Shown here piece after piece: positions 31,335 to 38,446 of a stretch of DNA of 64,000 nucleotides (position 1 is its first letter; every line of letters begins with the position of its first letter). A program made the position numbers and the translations under genes. This DNA comes from a virus (Duplodnaviria; Caudoviricetes). The notes beneath the pieces were generated by a model. That model was given only the letters and a program-made list of their open reading frames with translations, did no database searches and had not been told where the DNA came from. The stretch lies in IMG/VR virus record IMGVR_UViG_3300043447_000100, positions 1 through 64,000 of that record; one strand, written 5' to 3'.

Positions 31335-33418
31335 TCACATTAAAAACCTTAAAACTCAAAAACTTCTTATCTATCGGCAATGTAGAACAGACAATCAACT
31401 TTGACAACAAGGATCTAACGCTTATTTTAGGCGAGAACTTAGACTTGGGCGGCAATGACGCTGGTAGTCGCAACGGCACTGGCAAGACTTCAATGCTACA
31501 GGGCTTGTCTTACGCTCTTTTCGGCACTGCTATCAACAACATCAAAAAAGATAACTTAGTCAATCGCACGAATGAGAAAAACATGACCGCTACTATCGAA
31601 TTTGCGGTTCGTGGTGTCGATTACAAGATTGTTCGTGGTCGTAAGCCCAATGTCTTGAAGTTCTATATCAACAATAAAGAACAAAGCACCGATGATGATG
31701 CGCAGGGTGATAGTCGTGAGACACAAGATGCTATCGAACGAGTCTTGTGTATGTCTAACACTATGTTTCAGCATATCATTGGTTTGAACTCATACACTAC
31801 GCCCTTCTTATCACTCAAAGTAGGTGAGCAACGAGTTGTTATTGAGCAGTTGCTTGGTATCACCTTGCTGTCAGAGAAAGCAGATAAAGTCAAAGAACTC
31901 AACAAAGCAGTCAAAGATGCGATTGCCCTAGAGGAGGTCAGAATCCGCTCTGTTGAACAAGCAAACAGTCGTATCACAGAGCAAGTCGATAGTTTAAAAC
32001 GCCGTCAAGTACTGTGGCAGAAAAAGCACGATAGCGATGTTGCCCATCTAATCTCAACATACGAGCGTCTAACTGCTATGGACATTGAAGCAGAGATTCA
32101 AGCACACAGTGCCTTGAGTGCTTATGCTGAATTGAAGCGACAGCACGAATCATTCCAATCCATTCTTACTCGTCAAACTGCGTGGGAAAATAAAATTTCT
32201 ACAGAGTTGAATGGTTTGGAAACAAAACTAGCAGAGTTGAAGTCTATTGATGTTGAAGCTGAGCTACAAGCACACCGAGACTTGTCAGCATGGACAGTCA
32301 AGGCCGCAAATATGCGCCAGCTACAAACCTACATCGACAGTTGCTTAGCGGCTGAGAAAAAAGAGCAAAAACTCATCGACAAGTTGAAGAAAGAAGTCGA
32401 AGAGTTGAAAGATCACAAGTGCTATGCTTGCGGTCAAGACTTTCACGACGATAATCATGCGACAGTGTTAGCTACTAAAGAGAAGGCGCTACAAGAAGCC
32501 GCACTACAATCACTAGCTACTAACACTCAGCTACTCGAACATCAAGATGCGCTTAAGGCTCTTGAACCCCTGGGCGATAAACCCGTCACGCACTTCAAAA
32601 CCGAAGCAGAAGCTGTTCGTTTGAGCAGTGAAGTAGCAAATATTGAAGCGCAGATTGTTGCTAAGCGCGGCGAGAGTGATCCGTATGCTGAACAACTAGC
32701 GGAATTTGTATTGCCAGAGCTAGGTGACGAGCCTGTGACGCACTATCGCACTGTTGAAGAAGCAATCTCTCATAAAAACATGATTTCTACGACTGAACAG
32801 CAGTTAGTGATGAAAAATGAAGAGACTGACCCGTATAGTGAGCAAATCGCAGAGATGGAGCATCAAGCTATTCAGCAAGTTAGCTATGATGAGATCGATA
32901 GACTCAACAAGCAGTTTGCCCATCAGGATTATCTACTCGACTTGCTTACAAACAAGAAGAGTTTTGTCAGAAAACGCATTATTGAGCAAAATTTGACTTA
33001 TTTGAACACTCGTTTGAGTCACTATCTTACAAAAATGGGTCTGCCGCACAACGTTGTGTTTCAGAATGACCTATCAGTTGAAATTACTGAGTTAGGTCGT
33101 GACTTAGACTTTGATAACTTGTCACGAGGTGAGCGAAATCGACTAATTTTAGGTCTAAGTTTCGCATTTCGTGATGTTTTTGAGAATTTGTACTCTCCGA
33201 TCAACTTAATGATGATCGATGAGTTGATTGACAACGGTATGGACTCAGTTGGCGTTGAAAACAGCGTTGCTGTACTCAAAGATTTGGTTCGTAGACGCAA
33301 CAAGTCAGTATGGTTAGTCAGTCACAAAGACGAATTGGTCAGTAGAATCGATAAAATCATGAAAGTCGTGAAAGAAAACGGTTTTACGACCTATGAGATG
33401 TCAACTGACGCAGAATAA
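31331..33418 (+). CDS. gp46: Recombination ATPase subunit (Rad50/SbcC-like)
   Basis: KNFLSIG, Walker A GSRNGTGKTS, Zn hook CYAC, signature LSRGE, Walker B LMMIDE, VSH loop; ATGA overlap with gp47. Confidence 0.93.
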   Translation: MITLKTLKLKNFLSIGNVEQTINFDNKDLTLILGENLDLGGNDAGSRNGTGKTSMLQGLSYALFGTAINNIKKDNLVNRTNEKNMTATIEFAVRGVDYKIVRGRKPNVLKFYINNKEQSTDDDAQGDSRETQDAIERVLCMSNTMFQHIIGLNSYTTPFLSLKVGEQRVVIEQLLGITLLSEKADKVKELNKAVKDAIALEEVRIRSVEQANSRITEQVDSLKRRQVLWQKKHDSDVAHLISTYERLTAMDIEAEIQAHSALSAYAELKRQHESFQSILTRQTAWENKISTELNGLETKLAELKSIDVEAELQAHRDLSAWTVKAANMRQLQTYIDSCLAAEKKEQKLIDKLKKEVEELKDHKCYACGQDFHDDNHATVLATKEKALQEAALQSLATNTQLLEHQDALKALEPLGDKPVTHFKTEAEAVRLSSEVANIEAQIVAKRGESDPYAEQLAEFVLPELGDEPVTHYRTVEEAISHKNMISTTEQQLVMKNEETDPYSEQIAEMEHQAIQQVSYDEIDRLNKQFAHQDYLLDLLTNKKSFVRKRIIEQNLTYLNTRLSHYLTKMGLPHNVVFQNDLSVEITELGRDLDFDNLSRGERNRLILGLSFAFRDVFENLYSPINLMMIDELIDNGMDSVGVENSVAVLKDLVRRRNKSVWLVSHKDELVSRIDKIMKVVKENGFTTYEMSTDAE

Positions 33419-33441
33419 ATTTTTTAGCACACAGACACACT

Positions 33442-33449
33442 AATAAGTA
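33442..33449 (+). promoter_or_regulatory. Variant late promoter AATAAGTA, 6 nt before the resolvase ATG
   Basis: The same ATAAGTA variant occurs at 41095. Confidence 0.5.
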
Positions 33450-33455
33450 GAGCAC

Positions 33456-33971
33456 ATGGCAAGTAAAAGTAAGATCAAAGGCAGTAGTTGGGAGCGTGAT
33501 TGCGCAAAATTCCTAACTGAGCTATACGGAGCAACATTTATTCGTAATATTACGGGTAGTGGCGCATACATCGGTGGTAAAAACATCACTCGTAAAGCAA
33601 ATCTTACTGAGGGTCAAATTCGCAGTAGTAAGGGCGACATTACGCCGCCTGATGACTGGGATCAGTTCAACGCTGAAGCTAAAAACTACGGCGAACTCGA
33701 CTTTCACAACTTCTATGTAGGTTGTAGACAACTAGATGTGTGGTTAGAACAACTAATCACAGTCGCCGATTCAAATGACTTTAATATACTCATGTTTAAG
33801 ATCACACGAAGAGGTAAATATGTTGCCGTTCAACCTAATCAACACTTGACTTTTGTAAATTATACAGTGTATAATAGCAAGACGTTAGGTCAGTGGTACA
33901 TCACTGATTTTGACGAATTCTTTGCTAACAATAGTAAAGTTGTTGAATCTCTATCTAAATCACTAAAATAA
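33456..33971 (+). CDS. Holliday junction resolvase, PD-(D/E)xK (Hjc-like)
   Basis: SKIKGSSWER, SGAYIGG, GDI, AEAKNY catalytic pattern. Confidence 0.8.
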   Translation: MASKSKIKGSSWERDCAKFLTELYGATFIRNITGSGAYIGGKNITRKANLTEGQIRSSKGDITPPDDWDQFNAEAKNYGELDFHNFYVGCRQLDVWLEQLITVADSNDFNILMFKITRRGKYVAVQPNQHLTFVNYTVYNSKTLGQWYITDFDEFFANNSKVVESLSKSLK

Positions 33972-33978
33972 AACTATC

Positions 33979-34069
33979 GTTCGAACCACCGAGATAAAGG
34001 GGTCGATCTACTACAATTAGGTTTATATCAATACTGTTCGAACTGGCGAGATAAAGCGGTCGATCTACT
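33979..34069 (+). repeat. Two 34-bp direct repeats (33979-34012, 34036-34069), each a hairpin with a GAGAUAAA loop
   Basis: GTTCGAACcacCGAGATAAAGgGGTCGATCTACT vs GTTCGAACtggCGAGATAAAGcGGTCGATCTACT; the 4 differences keep the stem (C-G to G-C swap, C-G to U-G wobble, bulge change). Confidence 0.85.
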
Positions 34070-34095
34070 TTTTAAAATCAAAATAGTCAAACAAA

Positions 34096-34555
34096 GACTC
34101 AAACTAGAAACGTACTCGTGGCAATCCGACACTGCCCGTGGAGAAAGACCAAAGTGGGGTCAATACTAACCACAACAAGTCTCTAAACGCAAAATCTCCC
34201 TCGGAAGAGGATTACTGCGCCCGACAGACTTGAGTCCATCATACTCATACAACGGGCAAACACTATAGGTTCTATCGGTGCTTCGGCGAACGTTCTACCT
34301 TGGTTGTGAAAAATAACAACCGAACAGAAGAAAATTACAGGGGGGAGACCTTGAGCTACGTCTGCGTTATTTACAGCAGATGTGGTTCAAGTGTTTATGT
34401 TTCGCCTCGTTTCACTCGCCGAAACTCGTGATCGTACCGCTTCGCTAAGTACGACACGAGACCTGTAAACAAAAAAAGAATAGGTCAGAAGGCTCTGAAA
34501 GAGCCAATGATAAGACGGAACGGAACGAAGTGGAGTTCCTCTTCGAATGAGAGGA
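34096..34555 (+). ncRNA. Candidate large structured non-coding RNA or structured origin region
   Basis: No ORF; at least ten nested helices, including a 16-bp stem whose three non-Watson-Crick pairs are all G-U on the + strand, plus C(UUCG)G and GGAA tetraloops; ends approximate. Confidence 0.65.
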
Positions 34556-34786
34556 TTAAAAGAAAGGAAGTTTCGTCTTCTTAGTAGTTTCTAAGTTCTC
34601 TTCAATTACCGAATTAATTGCTTCGGTTTGTTTATAGGACATGTTGAGGACATCTACGAATGTAACTCCACCTCTCATGTACCAACTCATCTTCAGTGCG
34701 TTCTTTTCAATCGCATCTGCCTGTTTGACCATATCTTCGGTCAACTTCTCAACTTGGTCAGGACTTTTGTCGAGAAGGATTAACCG
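34556..34786 (-). CDS. gp51-like / tail assembly chaperone C-terminal module, probably made as a -1 frameshift extension of the gp26-like gene
   Basis: LKMSWYMRGGVTFVDVLNMS-type helical motif; frame is open back through the slippery site at the end of gp26-like; no convincing RBS of its own. Confidence 0.7.
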   Translation of the reverse strand, partial: RLILLDKSPDQVEKLTEDMVKQADAIEKNALKMSWYMRGGVTFVDVLNMSYKQTEAINSVIEENLETTKKTKLPFF

Positions 34787-34795
34787 AAAAAATTT
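34726..34795 (-). promoter_or_regulatory. Programmed -1 ribosomal frameshift signal (slippery site plus stem/pseudoknot)
   Basis: A-AAU-UUU-UUC at 34795-34786, 8-nt spacer, 9-bp stem CUUCUCGAC/GUUGAGAAG, loop UGACCA complementary to downstream UGGUCA. Confidence 0.75.
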
Positions 34796-35604
34796 GTATA
34801 GTTCAGTTCAAGTGGTTGTGAATACTCATTACTACAGTGTGAACATTTGATATCTAGAGGAGTGTCACTGTTAGAATTGCGAATTTTACCACTAAACTCT
34901 TTGATAGCAGTGTTAGTTTTAGTATCGCATTTTTCCATGAACTCTATAATGTAAGCATTTTCACGGACAGTTACTTCAGGTGTCTTGATATACTCAATAG
35001 TTTGTGCTACTACTTCAATCAACATTGCTGTTAATTTGTTCATGCTGTCTTTAGATAACTGTTGCTTTTGTTCACTATCTTCCATCTGCTCAAGTTGAGC
35101 AATCATGCGCTGAACTTCAAACTGGCGCATAGCGTTGGCATTTACTTCAGCGTAAGTCAGTGGTCGGAACTTGAATTCAAGATCGCCAATAGTTAGCACT
35201 TCGCTATAGTCTAACTTTCGCTGTTTTTCCATGAGCAGTTTCATCAAATCAACATCAAATTTAGTTGACTCTTCGCACTTAGGGCAAGTGCTTTCAATGT
35301 CTAATTTACCATCAACACTAGCCGCTCTAACTGCTACGATTAGGGCGTCACTATCTAACTCACTCAACTTCCACGCATCTTTTACTGCTGGAACACAGTT
35401 TTCGATAACCTGGACGATAGCTGTGCCGTTGAACAGGGCGTCTGGAGTACGCAGGACAATCTCATCCGCGTTAGTCATAGGGTAAATCGCAACTTCACCA
35501 GTCGGTGATACTTCAACGATGCTAGGATCATAATAGTTTGTGCCTGACGGCAGTTTGTAATAGAACGCTGGACGACGGAAATATTGTTGTAATGGGTTTG
35601 ACAT
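34780..35604 (-). CDS. gp26: Baseplate hub assembly chaperone, gp26-like
   Basis: YYKLPS...IYPMTNADEI...LIVAVRAAS...CPKC...FRPLTY...CSHC...NFF pattern of T4-like gp26 homologues. Confidence 0.75.
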   Translation of the reverse strand: MSNPLQQYFRRPAFYYKLPSGTNYYDPSIVEVSPTGEVAIYPMTNADEIVLRTPDALFNGTAIVQVIENCVPAVKDAWKLSELDSDALIVAVRAASVDGKLDIESTCPKCEESTKFDVDLMKLLMEKQRKLDYSEVLTIGDLEFKFRPLTYAEVNANAMRQFEVQRMIAQLEQMEDSEQKQQLSKDSMNKLTAMLIEVVAQTIEYIKTPEVTVRENAYIIEFMEKCDTKTNTAIKEFSGKIRNSNSDTPLDIKCSHCSNEYSQPLELNYTNFFG

Positions 35605-35625
35605 GTGGTAGCTCCAAAAGTCAGG

Positions 35626-35655
35626 TATTTATACGAGTATTTTGGGCGATAAATA
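35626..35655. promoter_or_regulatory. Back-to-back late promoters: TATAAATA (-, 35626-35633) and GATAAATA (+, 35648-35655)
   Basis: Both motifs lie in the 74-bp gap between the divergent gp26-like and tape measure genes. Confidence 0.75.
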
Positions 35656-35678
35656 ATAGATACTACAATGGAATAACC

Positions 35679-38426
35679 ATGGAAGACGCAGATAAAATAG
35701 TCAACGAACTTAGAGAGATACATCAGTTCTTAAAAGATCAATCCAGCAAAATGTCTGGGTCTGGTTCTGCGGGCAATACATCGTCGCCTGCCGTAAAATC
35801 GTTCGACCGCGGAACTGAGAAAATTGTTGCCGCTATCAATCTGCTTAATGTTTCTATTACGAAGAGCGCCGCTACCACTAAATCACGTGACGATAATTTA
35901 AATAAACTCAATCAAGACTTAGAAAAGTATCTAACAAAAGAAGAAAAGCGTCAAAAGAGAAAAGAAGAATTAGCTGCCGCAGAAGAAAAAGCATCAAAAG
36001 AAGCTATTAAGCAACAAGAAGAAGCCACTAAAACCAATAAAACATATACTGAGGAATTAGAAGAGCAGACAAAAAAGATTAAGGATCAGAATAAAGGCGT
36101 AAGAGATCATGCCACTGCTATTTCTGAGCGAATAAGAGCAGAAAAATCAGCCGCTTCACAAAGTCAAGCAACATGGGAAGTTTATAAGCAAGCTGGTGAT
36201 GCTACTGATATATTGAAGACCAAGTTTTTTGATCTTGCTGGTGATAGTATGGGTGCTCAAATCACATTAAGAGCCTTTGCCGCAGGTCTTGAAGGCTTAA
36301 AGAATTTTACACTATCATACGCAAAATCAATATATGCTGGTGAGCGAGGCAACTTAGCACTAGCTAAATCATCAACTGAAGCAGTTAAGCCACTGATAAG
36401 TCTGACCGACGCTCTTGGTAACATGCTAACATTTGCGTCATTCTTCATGCCTGGTAGTTTAATAATGAAGGGTCTGACCTTTTTTACTGGCATTGCTCTT
36501 AAAAGTGCAGCAAAGGGAGCAGAATTAGCTGCCGAAGCAAACGAGAAAGCAGCCGAACAGACAGACAAACTTTTCAAAACCTTCAATGCTCTTAGTAAAG
36601 CCGGCATTAATACAACCGGCGGTCTAGACGGCATCTTTGATCAACTACAGACGCTAGGCATGACAATGCCTCAGATCGAGCAGTTTTCTCAAATCTTAGC
36701 AAGCAATACTAAGCACTTGCGTGTATTCGGCGGCACAATGGAAGGCGGTGCTAAACAATTCGCAACAGTAGCGGGTCAGCTTTACAAGAGTGATATCGGT
36801 AAGCAGTTTGAACGAGCAGGCATAGCTGCCGAAGAACAAGCCGATATGACAATGAACTATCTGTCACTACAGGCAAGACTAGGCACCCTACAGAAAAAGA
36901 ACACTGAAGATTTAATCAGAAGCAGTGCTGAGTTTGTAAAAGAACTTGACATGGCAGCAGAACTATCAGGTTCGACTCGCAAGCAACAGATGGAAGAGCG
37001 TGAGATGGCAATGGCCGACGACCGCTTCCGTAGTGCGTTGATTGATGCTACTAACAGAAACGATCAAAAAGAAATTGCTAGACTACAGATGTATCAAAAA
37101 GCAGCCGCAATGGCAGGTGCAGCTGGTGATACAAAAGGCAGACAAGGTATTCTACACTACGCTGCAGGTGGTCCAGTAACAGAAGGCTCAGTGGCGGCAA
37201 TGCGTCAATACGGCCTTCAAACAATGGGCCGAGGCGGCACAGATGAATCCGCTATCGCTGGGCACATGGCTCGTGCGTCGAGACAAAATCAACGCACATT
37301 CACTGGCGTCAGTAGATACACTGGCACAATAGCAGGTGTCCAAACTGACGTTGCTTCACCAGCAGACTTTAGCACAAGAATTGAAGGTTTACTAGACGCC
37401 GCAAGAAAAGAAGGCTTCGAAGGCAACTTACAAGATTTCTTGAAAACAGAACAGGGCAAACGATTACTAGGCGGCGATAAGAAAGTAGCGCAAACAGTAG
37501 ATATCAATAGAACACAGCAAGCCGCTGGTATGTATATGGATTCTGCTGTTAACAAGTTAGATTTTTTTGCTGATCTTCAGAAATCAGCATCTGAAACTTT
37601 TGCTAAAGCAGTAGGTGAATTTAGTAAGACTGTTGGCGGCAAACATCCTGCCGGAGGCGTACCAGGAGGATTGGGAACAAGAACACCGGTGGCACCACCC
37701 GCTGGTAATCCTGGTGGAGTTGGTTCAAGGGCAGTATGGTCTTCGAGTGAAGTATCTGCGGCAAAAGAAGCATTGAAAGATCCTAATCTAGGTAGAAGAG
37801 ATCGAGCATATTACGAAGATATGTTGGCAAGACAATCTTCAAATGAATCTCCTTCTGCGGATATACTAGACTTTGCTGGAGGTGTTGCAGGCAACCCTCA
37901 AAACTTTGAAAAGTTGAATAGCGATCTGAAACAGAGTGTTCTAGCGGCGGCGCAAGAATATACCAACGCAACAGGCAAGAAATTAAAAATCAATAGCGCA
38001 CACAGAACTCCTGAAGAACAAGAACGAGTTCGAGGACAAGTTGGTGGTTTAGCTGCCAAGCCAGGTACTAGTTTACATGAAAAAGGCATGGCCATCGATA
38101 TTGATGGCTCAAGAGATCCACTCGTTCAGCAAGCACTAATGAAACAAGGATTGAAGAATGTAGCAGTGCCTGGAGAACCATGGCACTGGCAAAAGTTTGC
38201 CCTTGGTGGTATCTCTAATAGCCCTGCTATTTTCGGCGAAGCTGGTCCAGAAGCCGCTGTTCCGCTACCAGATGGCCGTTCAATTCCAGTCACAATGAAC
38301 GATAACGGTATGACAAAAGAGCTACTTGACGCAGTAAGAGTGTTGATTTCTAAGCAGGACACTATGATTGAACACTTAGAAGACACTGCTTCACAAAGCA
38401 GAAAACTTGTTCGTGCTACTGTCTAA
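35679..38426 (+). CDS. Tape measure protein with C-terminal peptidase M15 (LAS Zn peptidase) domain, ~915 aa
   Basis: Long helical Ala/Lys/Gln-rich body; INSAHRT..EQ...AAKPGTSLHEKGMAIDI...EPWHWQ; terminal FALGGI...GEAGPEAAVPL motif; start moved to ATG 35679, downstream of the promoter. Confidence 0.8.
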   Translation: MEDADKIVNELREIHQFLKDQSSKMSGSGSAGNTSSPAVKSFDRGTEKIVAAINLLNVSITKSAATTKSRDDNLNKLNQDLEKYLTKEEKRQKRKEELAAAEEKASKEAIKQQEEATKTNKTYTEELEEQTKKIKDQNKGVRDHATAISERIRAEKSAASQSQATWEVYKQAGDATDILKTKFFDLAGDSMGAQITLRAFAAGLEGLKNFTLSYAKSIYAGERGNLALAKSSTEAVKPLISLTDALGNMLTFASFFMPGSLIMKGLTFFTGIALKSAAKGAELAAEANEKAAEQTDKLFKTFNALSKAGINTTGGLDGIFDQLQTLGMTMPQIEQFSQILASNTKHLRVFGGTMEGGAKQFATVAGQLYKSDIGKQFERAGIAAEEQADMTMNYLSLQARLGTLQKKNTEDLIRSSAEFVKELDMAAELSGSTRKQQMEEREMAMADDRFRSALIDATNRNDQKEIARLQMYQKAAAMAGAAGDTKGRQGILHYAAGGPVTEGSVAAMRQYGLQTMGRGGTDESAIAGHMARASRQNQRTFTGVSRYTGTIAGVQTDVASPADFSTRIEGLLDAARKEGFEGNLQDFLKTEQGKRLLGGDKKVAQTVDINRTQQAAGMYMDSAVNKLDFFADLQKSASETFAKAVGEFSKTVGGKHPAGGVPGGLGTRTPVAPPAGNPGGVGSRAVWSSSEVSAAKEALKDPNLGRRDRAYYEDMLARQSSNESPSADILDFAGGVAGNPQNFEKLNSDLKQSVLAAAQEYTNATGKKLKINSAHRTPEEQERVRGQVGGLAAKPGTSLHEKGMAIDIDGSRDPLVQQALMKQGLKNVAVPGEPWHWQKFALGGISNSPAIFGEAGPEAAVPLPDGRSIPVTMNDNGMTKELLDAVRVLISKQDTMIEHLEDTASQSRKLVRATV

Positions 38427-38431
38427 CCTAC

Positions 38432-38439
38432 GATAAATA
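38432..38439 (+). promoter_or_regulatory. Late promoter GATAAATA, 7 nt before the portal ATG
   Basis: Seen directly; no Shine-Dalgarno. Confidence 0.75.
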
Positions 38440-38446
38440 ATACACG

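Noticed and set aside
33979-34069. Mini CRISPR array
   Set aside because: Only two imperfect repeats with a 23-nt gap, variation follows stem pairing, and no cas genes are present
34096-34555. RNase P RNA, tmRNA, tRNA, group I/II intron or retron msr-msd
   Set aside because: No GAGGAAAGUCC, no tRNA-like ends or T-loop context, no interrupted host gene or intron core elements recognised, and no reverse transcriptase nearby; an Rfam search is still needed
35538-35678. N-terminal extensions in the ORF track (tape measure; likewise 24123-24152, 29217-29273, 41958-42005, 46543-46569, 56625-56840)
   Set aside because: They overlap promoters or neighbouring genes; downstream ATGs have proper promoter/RBS context
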